IMG/VR virus record: IMGVR_UViG_3300032007_000018
Coordinates: 8,445 to 72,444 of that record
Strand: one strand, 5' to 3'
Source of the DNA: a virus
Length of the DNA: 64,000 nucleotides
The position numbers and the translations under genes are program-made. Shown piece after piece: positions 9,959-21,700 of the stretch. Within the stretch, counting starts at the first letter, position 1, and each line of letters starts with the position of its first letter. Under the pieces are notes generated by a model. It did no database searches and was not told where the DNA came from. It was given only the letters and a program-made list of their open reading frames with translations.

Positions 9959-12099
9959 TGTTAGTCTTTGATAAACAAGAAATAAGAGACAGTTTATCAA
10001 TCGACGATATTTTTGACCTTCTAGAAGAGTGGGGCGGTGAGCCAGAACATTGTCCAACTGGCCTCATCGCCCGTACTATTTGTCATAACTTGCTAACAGA
10101 TGAAGCATCACGCAAATTATATTATTACGAGAACACTGGGCTATTTAGATGTTATACAGGGTGTGAAGATCCAGTCTTCGACATTTTCCAACTCTGTATA
10201 AAAGTAATGAATCTCCAGCATAATGTCGTATACGATTTAAATGATGCGGTCAGATGGGTGGCAAGAAGATTCGGTTTATCTGGCAGAGAAGAAGATAGCC
10301 CAGAAGAAGAAGGACTTGAGGATTGGAAAATTTTAGCAAACTATTCACGTATTTAGGATATACAAACTGCAGCTCCTCATGTCGTTCTCGAAGAATATGA
10401 TGATACAATTCTAACTCGATTTAATTATAATGTAAAGATAAAACCTTGGCTTGATGAAGGCATTTCTCAATAGGCGATTGAGCATGCCGAGATTGGCTTC
10501 TATCCAGGAGATGCACAAATCACTATTCCACATTTTGATAAGAATGGCAGATTTATCGGTCTGCGCGGACGCACAGTAGTTGCGGAAGATGCAGAAAAAT
10601 ATGGCAAGTATCGTCCCATAAAAGTCAATGGGCAAATGTATAATCATCCCCTTGGATTAAATCTTTATAATTTCAATAATAGTCGTTGTATTATTCCAAA
10701 GATGCGTAAAGCGATTGTTTTTGAGGGTGAACTATTCGCCCTAGTCTACTTTTCCCAGTTGCTACTGGGGGTCTGCGCGAAGGGAAAAATTCCCGTCAAT
10801 TTTTGGAAAGGCGCAGGCTAACGGGGAAGCCTAAAAATTTTATAAATTCATGGTAATCCCGTGGGAAAATCTGTTTAAACATCTAACTTCATTTTTCATA
10901 TATCAGTGAGAAAAGGAGTTGATTGTATGAACGTTATTTATGCTTATAAAAAGAAAAGTATAGATAAGATTGTTTATGTTGGTTAGACAAATAATTTAGA
11001 ATATAGACATAAACAACATATTTATTATGATCCATTTAATATTAATAATCCAGAGTATGAATATCCTCTTAGTAGAGGAATTCGTAAATATGGCGAAGAA
11101 GAATATTAGTTAATTGTTTTAGAAGAAAATATTCCAGATGATAAAATAAATGAACGAGAAATTTATTGGATAAAATATTATAATACATATTTTGATGGTT
11201 ATAATCAATCTACTGGTGGCACTAGCCCAGTAAAACCAATATATACAGATGATGAAGTGAATTAGGTAATTGAAATGTTAAAAGATGAAAGTTATTCATT
11301 TAATGATATTTCAAAGAAAACAGGATTTTCGTTAACTCATATTTATAATATAAATACTGGAAAAAGGCGCCCACAGCCAAATATACAATATCCAATTCGT
11401 TCAAATAAAACAAAAGGGACAAAAGGATTAAAATTTTCTCCGGAAGAGTGTAAAAAAATTCACGAAGAAATATTAAAAAATGATAAAACATTAAAAGAAC
11501 TTGGAGAAATGTTTAACTGTTCTTCTTCAACAATATCTGATATTATTAATGGAAAAACTTAGGCATATAAATTAGAAGGTTATTCTTATCCATTAAGAAA
11601 TAATCGTTCTATAGGGGCTAAATAGATGTGGAAAAACAGATAAACCTGTATCGACTATCCCGATAAAGGGAGTAGGAGTATTATTAGCACATACTCCGAA
11701 ATAGTAGCAGTTTTAAAAACTGGAAGATATAGTCAGTGCCGTTGGAAACAATGGAATAACACGGAAAAAAGTTGTTTGTTGTATCAAACATATTTTGGAT
11801 TTGAAAATGATATTTCTGTCGCTTGTTGCGGCAGTAGCTTATCTTCCTATCAGACGCAACTTCTTATTGATGCCGGGGCGCAAGAAATTATCGTCGCTTT
11901 TGATAGATAGTTTCAAAATGTTGGTGATGATGAATATTGCCATTTAGTAAATAATCTAAAAAAGATTCAAATGAAATATAAGAACTATGTAAATATCTCT
12001 TATATCCTCGATCGCAAGAAGATAACCGGATATAAGTGCAGTCCAATTGATTGCGGACGAGAAAAATTTTTGGTATTATATAAGGAGAGGGTTCAGTGA
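9958..12099 (+). CDS. dnaG: DnaG-like DNA primase split by an intron. Exon 1 is 9958..10728 (CHC2 Zn-finger CPTG..H..C..C and the start of TOPRIM ...AIVFEGE). Exon 2 is ~11764..12099 (KSCLLYQTYFGFENDISVACCGSS...LLIDAGAQEIIVAFDRQ). Both exons are in frame 1 and carry TAG=Gln codons.
   Basis: Zn-finger and TOPRIM motifs were read from the translation. The two exons join in frame across a 1035-nt insert (a multiple of 3). Confidence 0.55.
10729..11763 (+). mobile_element. Group-I-like self-splicing intron inserted in the primase TOPRIM region, carrying a GIY-YIG homing endonuclease ORF.
   Basis: R-like element ...ATCGACTATCC (~11652-11663) and S-like element AAGATATAGTCA (~11717-11728) can pair (GACUA/UAGUC) to form P7. 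The 5' splice site follows a T and the 3' splice site follows a G. Stop codons TAA lie in every frame between the exons. Confidence 0.5.
10927..11565 (+). CDS. GIY-YIG homing endonuclease (I-TevI-like) inside the intron, with 3 in-frame TAGs.
   Basis: NVIYAYKKKSIDKIVYVG(Q)TNNLEYRHKQH...YPLSRGIRKYGEEEY(Q)LIVLEE...EREIYWIKYYNTYFDGYNQS. TAG falls on the conserved Gln of YVGQT. Confidence 0.75.
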
Positions 12100-12383
12100 A
12101 GGGAATCATATGGTATTATACAAGCGAAGATATTGGACTATAGCGATTAGAAAAATTAATTGAAGAGTATCGCTCCATTAGGATAGAAGTAGTTCATCGA
12201 ACAAAAAGAGAAGTTGCTTTTGATAATGGAGATCTTTGGAGAATTGCTCCATGCAACGATCACAGCAGAGGCCAATCTTGTAATGTCGCTTTAATTGAAC
12301 GAGGAACTCCAAAAGAAGTTGAATAGGTTAGGATTATGCCTTGCATTAAGCAACGCCCTTATCGTGCCTATAATTATTACTAA
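12096..12383 (+). CDS. Hypothetical 95-aa protein (GTG start, RBS AAGGAGAGG, 2 TAGs).
   Basis: Frame 3 is open, with an RBS; it overlaps the primase stop. Confidence 0.4.
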
Positions 12384-12447
12384 GGAGATAGTGAATGAAA
12401 AAGAGGCTTTCTGGATAGTGGTAAATGTGAAAGGAGGTTGATTTTCT

Positions 12448-14226
12448 ATGGAATATCAACTTTTGAAGCCAAGCATCCCGGTACAACACGATTTTTCACC
12501 GGTCGAATTGGTCTTCGCGAACAGAGGAATGTTTCCCTCTGACATTTATCATTATCTCCACACAACAAGAGAAGATATTCTCGATCCTAGTTTATTAGAC
12601 AATATTGACTAGGGTGCGAAAATGTTCGTGCGACACCTGGCTGCAGGCGACAAGATTTTCGTATAGGTTGATAGCGATGTAGATGGTTATACATCTGCGG
12701 CAGCCATCATCAACTATGCAAATCGAATTGCTCCAGGCCATGCGCAGTAGAATATCTCCTACCGTATCCACGATGGAAAAGAACATGGAATTATTTTAGA
12801 TACAATTCCAGAAGATGTAAAATTAGTTATAGTTCCGGATGCGGGAAGCAACGACTACGAGCAACATAAAATTTTACACGATAAAGGTGTAGATGTTCTT
12901 GTAATCGATCACCACGAAGCCGACAAGGTTTCAGCCGACGCCTGCATAATTAACAACCAGTTGAGCAGTCAGTACTCAAATAAGACACTCTCTGGAGTTG
13001 GTGTTGTTTACAAATTTTGTCAATATATTGACAAATTCCTTGATAAAAATTATGCAGATGATTTGCTTGACCTTGTTGCTGTTGGCATGGTCTCTGATAT
13101 GATGGATTTGAGAAGTTTTGAGACAAGAGAACTTATTAGTCTTGGCGCTAATTAGTTAAGAAATCCATTTATCATTGATTTTGTCAATGCGTAGAGTTAT
13201 TCCTTAAAAGGAGAGGTTACACCTTTTGGAATTTCTTTCTACATCGCCCCATATATCAATGCCACAATCCGCGTTGGTACATTGGACGAAAAACTGCTCT
13301 TATTTGAATCAATGTTAGACTTTAAATCATATGAGTCTATTCCTTCAACTAAGCGTGGTTGTAAGGGACAATTTGAAACAAGAGTAGAGCAGGCTTGTAG
13401 AAATTGCAAAAATATCAAGAATAGGCAAACAAAAGCAAGAGATACAAGCCTTGAAGTAATTGAAGGAATCATTGAGAGAGATAATCTTTTGTCGCACCCA
13501 ATTTTGATTATTCAACTTGATAATCCAGTAGAAGAGAATCTAACCGGATTGATTGCTAACCAAATCATGGGTAAATATATGCGGCCGGTGCTTCTACTCA
13601 ATCGACACGTTGAGATTGATGAAGAAACAGGCGAAGTAACAAAGTTCGCTTGGCGTGGCTCTGGTCGTAATGCGACTTATTCTAAACTCGCTAATCTGCG
13701 TGAGTTTCTATCTGAAAGTGGTCTTGTAGAATACGCTCAAGGACACGCATCAGCTTTTGGCGTGAGTATTTTAGATGAAAATTTAGAAGCATTTAAGAAT
13801 TATATTGATGAAAAATTAAAAGATTTTGATTTTAATAACTGTTACCGTGTTGATTTTATTTGGATTGCTAATGAAGTAGAAAAATATAAACAAGACATAA
13901 TGGATATTGGTAAGCTTGGGGCGTTTTGGGGTCAAGGATTACCTGAACCACAAGTGGCTATTGAAACCATTCAAGTCAGAAGCGCAAACTTACAACTTAT
14001 GTCGCCGGATAAAAAACCAACATTAAAGATTACTCTCCCTGGTGGTTTGACTTTGATTAAGTTCGGGTCGAGTCAAGAAGAATATGAAAGCTTATATTCT
14101 GAAACAGGTTGTATAACAATTAATGTCGTTGGCACTTGTAACCTCAATGAGTGGAACGGCAATTTCAGTCCTCAAATTATTATTGAAGATTATGAGATTG
14201 TTAATAAATCAGCTTATTATTTTTAA
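12448..14226 (+). CDS. recJ: RecJ-like DHH/DHHA1 phosphoesterase (ssDNA exonuclease), ~592 aa with ~6 in-frame TAGs.
   Basis: Motifs DSDVDG, DAGSND, VLVIDHH (DHH) and a GHASAFG DHHA1-like motif. ATG 12448 has RBS AAGGAGG and is in-frame with track ORFs 12961..13155 and 13282..14226. Confidence 0.65.
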
Positions 14227-14261
14227 TCGACCTAATTAAAAAAATTAGGAGAGGTTTAACT

Positions 14262-15050
14262 ATGAATATTCCATACAAAAAAGAAATAAAGATTTGCTTT
14301 ACTTGTGCATTATTGATTGCCCTTATTTTAGGACTAATTAGTTTGTGTTGTTGTAGAGCAAATGCTGCATCGCCATTTATTGAAACACCAGATTTAAGCA
14401 TTGATGGTTTTATGAGTTCATATACAGATAATTTTATTTTGCAGCAAAAACAAGAATATGCTCATACAATGGCTGAATGTGCACGAAATCTCGGCTATCC
14501 AGAAGATTGTGAAACTATTGTAAATGCAAAAAAAGAATGGTCTAACTGTGAAGAACAAATTAAAAAGAACTTAGAAAAAGAACAAGTCTGGAAAGAAAAA
14601 TTTGAAGAATATCCTTATGCAACTTATATTTGGTTATATTTTACAAAAGGACTTGGTTATAGTGAAGAAGTCACAGCAGGTATCCTTGGAAATATTATGA
14701 CTGAATGCGGCGGGGGAGGAACTTTAAATCTTCATTATTGGGCATATGGTTCTGGTGGTTTTTATTATGGTATGTGTCAATGGGGTAAAACATGGTTTCC
14801 AGAAGTTAGAGGAATGAATTTAATTGAACAGTGTGATTATTTGGCTGGTAATATTGAAACTCAAATAAATGCTTTTGGTAAATCATATGGAAAAGCAGAT
14901 GCTTTTTCAGAATTTTTAGAATTAACCTCTTGTCGAGATGCTGCTCTAATGTTCGCTCAATTATATGAGGCTTGTAGTTCAGCCGGATATGGTTTTCGCC
15001 AAAACTGTGCTGAAAAGGCATATGAGTATTTTACAACGGGGTTGAATTAA
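14262..15050 (+). CDS. Secreted/membrane-anchored peptidoglycan hydrolase, phage-tail-lysozyme-like (probable endolysin).
   Basis: N-terminal signal/TM segment; AGILGNIMTECGGGG...GMCQWGKTW motif. Confidence 0.5.
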   Translation: MNIPYKKEIKICFTCALLIALILGLISLCCCRANAASPFIETPDLSIDGFMSSYTDNFILQQKQEYAHTMAECARNLGYPEDCETIVNAKKEWSNCEEQIKKNLEKEQVWKEKFEEYPYATYIWLYFTKGLGYSEEVTAGILGNIMTECGGGGTLNLHYWAYGSGGFYYGMCQWGKTWFPEVRGMNLIEQCDYLAGNIETQINAFGKSYGKADAFSEFLELTSCRDAALMFAQLYEACSSAGYGFRQNCAEKAYEYFTTGLN

Positions 15051-15067
15051 TCAACCCCGTTTTTTTA
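15037..15067 (+). terminator. Rho-independent terminator (ggggttga..tcaacccc + T7).
   Basis: Read from sequence. Confidence 0.7.
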
Positions 15068-15498
15068 TGGAGAACGATATGACAGATTATGAAGATTTAA
15101 TTATGACAATATCGGCGGTAGCTTCGCGCATTGGTGTATCTGCGCAAGAAGCCGGTGATGCACTTCGCGCATTAAGTGAAGCCCTTATGGATGAATATGA
15201 AAAATATCAAGTTGATGAAGAGACAATAGATAAATTCAATAGAATAGGTTGTACTTCATTTCGCATGAGTCCAGAGGAAATAAACAATTTACATAGAAAT
15301 GCAATATCAATGCTTGAGAATAGTAAAGGTGTTGACCTGCTCGCGCCGGAGACGCCCAGCACATCCGAAATCCAAAACGAAAAAACCGTTTTCGATTTTT
15401 TAGAGCCAAAAGCAGTAAAATTAGGTATTAATATTTTCGACCTAATGGACGACAAGACCGATTGCATCACGCCGCTTGACAACAATGAATTTTTATGA
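15067..15498 (+). CDS. Hypothetical protein (143 aa; the start could be ATG 15079).
   Basis: ORF track. Confidence 0.45.
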   Translation: MENDMTDYEDLIMTISAVASRIGVSAQEAGDALRALSEALMDEYEKYQVDEETIDKFNRIGCTSFRMSPEEINNLHRNAISMLENSKGVDLLAPETPSTSEIQNEKTVFDFLEPKAVKLGINIFDLMDDKTDCITPLDNNEFL

Positions 15499-15504
15499 TA
15501 TAAT
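15496..15504 (+). promoter_or_regulatory. Extended -10 promoter TGATATAAT.
   Basis: Motif recurrence. Confidence 0.4.
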
Positions 15505-15536
15505 ATATATAGAAATAAAAGTATAGGAGAATTGAA

Positions 15537-15875
15537 ATGTCTGCATAGGACTATATTGATCACGAGTGTAAGTATGATGAAGCGCTTAAATATAATGTAG
15601 AATGTTTAGATAAATATGATTTTTGTGAATTTTTAAACGATGGAAGAAGTCTATACGATATATGTAATGCTATTGAAGATAAGTATGATAATGAATTTTT
15701 AGAAAAATTTGGAATCTATGTTTTTGATAGTATAAGCAATGAAGATCTTACTTATTATTTTAAAAGTAGATATAACGTATGGTTTCAAGAATATACAGAT
15801 TGGGTGGTGAGACACGATAATGGAGCTTACGAGAAAACAAGAAGAATAACAAAAAAACAGGACAAAGTAGATTAA
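15537..15875 (+). CDS. Hypothetical 112-aa Cys-rich protein (TAG is codon 4).
   Basis: ATG with RBS TAGGAGA; frame open to TAA. Confidence 0.45.
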
Positions 15876-15927
15876 ATAATTATTTTAATTTTTCATATAT
15901 AATAGAAAAATTAAAGGAGGATTTGCA

Positions 15928-16809
15928 ATGATAGGTTCTGTTTTTGGAAGTTATCTTGTCTTAGAATAGGATAAAGTCTCACATCCATCTGCGGCCGCAC
16001 GCTACTGGAAGATTAAATGTATTTATTGTGGAGAGGAAAAGATTATCCGTTCTGATACATTAAAAAAATGCCCTATTTGTAAATGCCAAAAAGATAAGAT
16101 GATAGGGAATACTTTTGGAGATTTTTTAGTATTAGAAAAATCTAAAGAAAAAGCAAAAGATAATTGTTTAAAATATAAATGCAAATGCATTCATTGTGGC
16201 AATATTGAAGAAGTGGCAAGTAATGTATTAAGATCTCAACGTAAGCACTGTAGCAATTGTCATATTCGTGCATCAACATTAATTGATTTAACCGGTAAAA
16301 CATATGGATTTTTAAAAGTTTTATATAGAGATACTAATCCAATTTATATGGGACACGAAAATGATGCTTATTGGGTGTGCCAATGCTTAAAATGTGGTAG
16401 TATAAAAACAATCAGAGGTTATTCATTACGGAATGGATTAACACAGTCATGTGGCTGTATTAAAAGTTTTGGTGAAGAACAAATCGCCACAATATTAACA
16501 AATAATAATATTCTATTTTAGCGGGAATATATATTTAATGATTGTTATTTAACTAATAAAAAAAATAAATTACGATTTGATTTTGCTATTTTTAATACTG
16601 ATGGCACTCTATCTCATCTTGTTGAATACGATGGTAAACAACATTTTGAAGAAAATATACGAAATAGCGGCTGGAATACAAAAGATAATTATTAGCAAAC
16701 CCATTTACGAGACGAGTATAAAAATAATTATTGCCAATCTCATCATATTAAGTTAATTCGTATAAGATATAATGAAGAAATAACCTTATAGAAAATATTA
16801 GGAGAATGA
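15928..16809 (+). CDS. Putative freestanding homing endonuclease, paralogous to 4595..5521: three Zn-ribbon modules (YWKIKCIYCG, KCKCIHCGN, YWVCQCLKCGS) plus a DUF559/Vsr-like nuclease domain. 3 in-frame TAGs.
   Basis: ATG 15928 (RBS AAAGGAGG) is in-frame with track ORF 16099..16521 and continues past TAG to TGA 16809. C-terminal FDFAIFNTDGTLSHLVEYDGKQHF. Confidence 0.6.
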
Positions 16810-16814
16810 AAAAA

Positions 16815-18024
16815 ATGGAATTAAGTAGAAAACAAGAGGAGGGACTGCAAACTGTGTTAGCCAGATATAAAGCGGGTGAAAAATATACCGTAATATCTGG
16901 CTACGCTTAAAGCAGGAAGCGGAAAATCGACGTTAATAAAATTCATTATCGCTGCGATGAAGCTCTACCCAAACGAAGTAAGATATATCGCTTATACGGG
17001 TAAGGCCGCGAATGTATTAAAAAATAAGGGATGCGAAGGTGCTACTACCGCGCACAAACTCATTTATCACGCAAAGCTAATGCCCAATGGAAAATATATT
17101 TTTACTCCAAAAAAAATAACCGAAATGGAAAGAGAAATTAAGGTTGTAGTTGTAGACGAGGTTTCGATGTTGCCAAAATCTATGTGGGATTTACTATGTC
17201 AGTATAATTTCTACATCATAGCCTGCGGCGACCCGGAACAGCTACCTCCTGTACCAGATGGTAAGGAAGATCCAGACAATCACGTTTTGGATAATCCTCA
17301 CATCTTCCTTGACGAGATTATGCGTCAGGCCCAAGAGAGTGAGATTATTCGTCTCTCAATGCACATAAGAGAAGGTAAGCCTTTATTTACCTTTCCTGTG
17401 TAGAATGAGCAGGTTATGATTTTTGATAAGAAAGACGTAACAGATTCAATGCTACTCTGGGCTGATCAAGTATTGTGCGCGACCAATAGAAATAAGGTTG
17501 CTCTCAATCAGCGTATGCGGCAAGCCTATAACTTCCTACCCGAAACTCAAGTCGGAGACAAAATTATCAATGTTCATAATGAATGGGACATATGCTCAAA
17601 TCTTGAGAACCCATTAACTAATGGGGTAATTGGTAAGATATTACAAATGGAAATGCAAGAATGGGAATATCCTTATTGGTTGCGCAATGAAGTACTGCGT
17701 GTTCCTATCCTTGTCGCTACTATCTCCGGAGACGAAGAGGGTGAAGCATTTCAGATGCTGCCTTTTGACTATAATGAGATAGCAACAGGACAGCCGAGTT
17801 TGAGCGGCAAAGAAGAGTATACAATTATGAAGCGACTGGAAATGGCTGTTCCGCTTCATGCAAATTATGGTTATGCCATTACCGTATGGAAAGCGCAAGG
17901 TAGCGAGTGGGGTAAGGTTTTACTCTTCCAGGAACCTGGCTGGCCGAAGCAGCCAGACGATCGCCGCAGATATATGTATACCGGCATAACAAGAGCAGTA
18001 GATAAATTAGTGGTGGTGTCATAA
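16815..18024 (+). CDS. Dda/RecD-like SF1 DNA helicase. The N-terminal 31 aa are in frame 3 (ATG 16815) and the rest in frame 1 from ~16909 (Walker A AGSGKST), implying a +1 frameshift at GCT-TAA-A, or an assembly error. There is also a TAG at 17401.
   Basis: Motifs VVVDEVSM (II), GDPEQLPPV (III), ITVWKAQGSEWG and TGITRA (V/VI). Track ORFs 16957..17403 and 17416..18024 are in the same frame, separated by TAG. Confidence 0.55.
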
Positions 18025-18680
18025 TGGGACAATATAGTAATAAAGGATTATATAACTCTTACAGAAAAAACAACAAAGAAAGAGCTGAACTTGACTACTA
18101 TGCAACTCCAACGGCAGAAGTTGAGAATATTCTTAATGCTCTTAACTATAATTTTAACGGTCTTAGTATTCTTGAGCCTTGCGTTGGAGGCGGCCATATG
18201 CTTGATGGTATCATTAATTATTGCGATCAACGTGGCCAGACTCCTAAGTCTATTATCGGGACCGAATGGGCAGACAGGGGATATCGCAACGACAGATGTA
18301 ATCTCACTTATGGCCTTGATTTTCTTGATGATAATTACCCTGCTAGCAAAGCAGACGTAATTGTTATGAATCCTCCTTATGCAACTCTTGAGCCTTTCCT
18401 TATTCGCGCTCTTGAGATTGCGCAACGAGACTTAATTGTGCTTTGCCGCACACAGGTTCTCGAAGGAGCAAGCAGATATAAAAATATCTTTTCTACTAAT
18501 CCTCCAGATCAAATCTATCAGTATATTGATAGAATTCAGTGCTGGAAGAATGGTAAGAAACCTACTGGTTCTTCTGCGCAAGCCTATTGCTGGCTAGTGT
18601 GGAAAGGCATGAATATCACTGGGACGTTAATTCGCCCGAATATAAAACCCCAGCTCAACTGGATTCACCGAGCAGATTGA
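18024..18680 (+). CDS. DNA N6-adenine (or N4-cytosine) methyltransferase.
   Basis: Motif I ILEPCVGGGH and motif IV NPPY. Confidence 0.65.
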   Translation: MGQYSNKGLYNSYRKNNKERAELDYYATPTAEVENILNALNYNFNGLSILEPCVGGGHMLDGIINYCDQRGQTPKSIIGTEWADRGYRNDRCNLTYGLDFLDDNYPASKADVIVMNPPYATLEPFLIRALEIAQRDLIVLCRTQVLEGASRYKNIFSTNPPDQIYQYIDRIQCWKNGKKPTGSSAQAYCWLVWKGMNITGTLIRPNIKPQLNWIHRAD

Positions 18681-18696
18681 TTTATATAAAAATTTA

Positions 18697-18705
18697 TGTT
18701 ATAAT
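18697..18705 (+). promoter_or_regulatory. Extended -10 promoter TGTTATAAT upstream of the polymerase gene.
   Basis: Motif recurrence. Confidence 0.4.
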
Positions 18706-18736
18706 ATAAGTACAATAATAAAAGCGGAGGTTTTTT

Positions 18737-21700
18737 ATGAAGTCATACTTCGGAGTTCATAATCATACAGCCGTGGGTTCAAATATTAGACTTATTGACT
18801 CAATCAACAAACCAGCAGACCTCATCGACAAAGCGATCGAGTTAGGACTCTCTGGGATTGCGATAACAGATCATGAATGTCTTTCGGCTCACGTAGAGGC
18901 TGAAAAGCATATGGCAGAAATAAAGGAAGCGCATCCAGATTTTAAACTGGCATTCGGCAATGAGATTTATCTTGTTGATGAAAGAAAACCAGGTCAAAAA
19001 TATTATCACTTTATTTTAATTGCCAAGGATGCACTAGGTCATCGCGCACTTCGAGAACTAAGTTCAAGGGCGTGGATGAATTCGTATGTGGACCGCCGTA
19101 TGGAGCGTGTTCCAACTACGAAAGAGGAGTTAAAAGAGATTGTAAATAAGTTCAAAGGTCATTTGATTGCAACAACCGCTTGTATTGGTGGAGAATTGCC
19201 AACTCTCGCATTGACTTATACAAAAGCAAGAATGGTAAATGATAACAACAATGCAATGTATTATTACAAAGAAATTGACAAGTTTTTGAACTATTGTTTG
19301 GAACTATTTGGAGAGGATTTTTACATTGAGTGCGCGCCGGGAACGGCCCCAGATCAGGTGGCGGCAAATAAAGCCTGTCGGAAAATTTCAGATTTTTATG
19401 GTATTAAAATGGTAGTCGGGACAGATGCGCACTACCTAGATAAAGACGCAAGGGCCGTTCATAAGGCTTACTTAAACTCCAAGGAAGGAGACCGCGAAGT
19501 CGATGCGTTTTATGAGTATACCTACCTTATGGATTACGATGAAGTTACGAATCTATTAGGTTTTACTTTTGATGGAGATATGGATTATGCATATCAAGTA
19601 GCGGATAACACTCTAGCAATACAAGAGAAGATACAAATGTATTCTCTCTTTCACAAACAAGATATCCCATCAGTAGAAGTACAGAATTATCCAAAGTCCG
19701 CGTGGTGGGGAGTAAATAACGACTACGCGAATGAAATGGAAAAGTACCCAACCTTAAAGAAACTATTCACATCTGACGATATTCAAGATAGATATTGGGT
19801 AAATCAATGTTGGGATAAACTCAACGAGATTGGCCATGGTTGGGATAATTATAATGAAACTGGCGATGATCGTTATCTCGTGGAGCTTGAAGAAGAGGCG
19901 CGAGTAAAGAGTGTCATTAGTGAAAAGTTAGAAACAAATATGTTCCGTTATCCAAATACACTTCAACACTATATTGATTTGATTTGGGATTGCGGTTCGA
20001 TGGTAGGTGCCGGACGAGGTTCATCTTGTGCGGCGTTAAACCATTATTTGATGGGTATAACGCAGTTAGACCCGATTGAATGGGAGCTTCCATTCTTCCG
20101 TTATTTGAACGACGAGCGTGTTGAATTAGGCGATATTGATATTGATATCTGTCCTTCCAAGTGCGGTCTCGTCTTACAGAAGATTGCGGCTGAGCGCAGT
20201 CAGATGTTTAATGATGATGTTCCGGAATGGGCGAAGAAGTTGTTTGGTTGTACGAGAATCTCAACTTTTGGAACTGAAGGAACAAAGTCGGCAGTTTTGA
20301 CAGCGTGCCGTGGTTATCGGTCTGAGGATTATCCCGATGGAATTGATGTTGATGAAGCGCAGTATATGGCATCATTGATTCCTCAAGAGCGTGGATTCTT
20401 GTGGCCGATTAAAGATGTTATCGAAGGAAATGAAGAGAAGAATCGTAAGCCAGTAGCAAGTTTCATTCGAGAAATCAATAATTATCCGGGACTTCTGGAT
20501 ATTGTTAAAGGTATTGAAGGCTTGGTAAGTAAGCGTAGTTCTCACGCATCAGGTATCGTTCTTTTCGATGGTGACCCATTCGAGCATAGCGCTTTTATGA
20601 AAACTCCAAAAGGAGAAATCATTACTCAATATAATCTGCACGATGCAGAGTATATGGGATTAACAAAATATGACTTCCTGGTAACAGAAGTTCAAGATAA
20701 AATCGTTCAAACAATCCAGTTCCTCCAGGAGGATGGAGAGATTGAAAAAGATTTAAGTCTGCGCGAAGTCTATAATAAGTATCTGCATCCAAGCGTATTG
20801 CCGATTAAAACAGATACAAAAATGTGGGATGCATTGGGCGATGTATCGGTTATCAATACATTCCAATTCGATAGCGCAGAGGGATCAAAGGCAGCAAAAC
20901 AATTAAAACCACGAACTATCTTAGAGATGGCCGATGCCAATGGTCTGATTCGTCTGATGGGCGAGGAAGGGCAGGAGCGCCCGATTGATAAGTATTATCG
21001 TTATAAAAATGATATTAGTTTGTGGTACGAAGAGATGGATAACTTTGGTTTGACAAAAGCAGAACAGAAAACTTTGGAGCCATATTTTAAACCATCTTAT
21101 GGTGTTCCACCTAGCCAAGAGCAGTTAATGAAGATGCTGATGGATCCAAACATCTGCGGATTCACCTTGGGAGAGGCGAACAACGCACGTAAAATCGTCG
21201 GTAAGAAGCAGATGAAAAAGATTCCAGCACTTCGTGAGCAGGTTCTCAAGCAGGCGAAGAGTCCGCGTCTCGGCCAGTATATTTGGAGATTTGGGGCTGG
21301 GCCGCAGATGGGTTATTCATTCTCTGTTATTCACGCACTCGCATATAGCTTCGTCGGGGCGCAAACATTGTATCTCGGCACTCATTGGAATCCAATCTAT
21401 TGGGATACGGCATGTCTGGTGGTTAATAGTGGTTCTCTTGAGGACGCGGTTGATGAAGACGGTGAAGCGCTCTATGATGAAGAGATAGAGGAAGAAGCTA
21501 CCGATGATAAGAAAAAGAAAGCAACAAGTACTGACTATGGTAAAGTCGCAAAAGCATTGAATGATATTATCAATGCCGGTATTAACGTCAGTCTTGTGAA
21601 TATAAACGGTTCTGACTTTGGTTTTAAGCCAGACGTAAAGAACAATCGAATCCTCTTTGGTATGAAAGCATTACTGAATGTAAATGATGATTTGGTAAAA

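Noticed and set aside
12395-12424. 9-codon ORF MKKRLSG(Q)W with a perfect RBS before recJ
   Set aside because: It is too short to call as a gene. It could be a leader peptide, or the RBS may serve the recJ start 50 nt downstream. Noted only.
18048-18425. ORFs 18048..18425 (-) and 18091..18360 (+) overlapping the methyltransferase gene
   Set aside because: Both lie inside or antisense to the well-supported MTase CDS (motifs I and IV in the 18024 frame) and lack RBSs.
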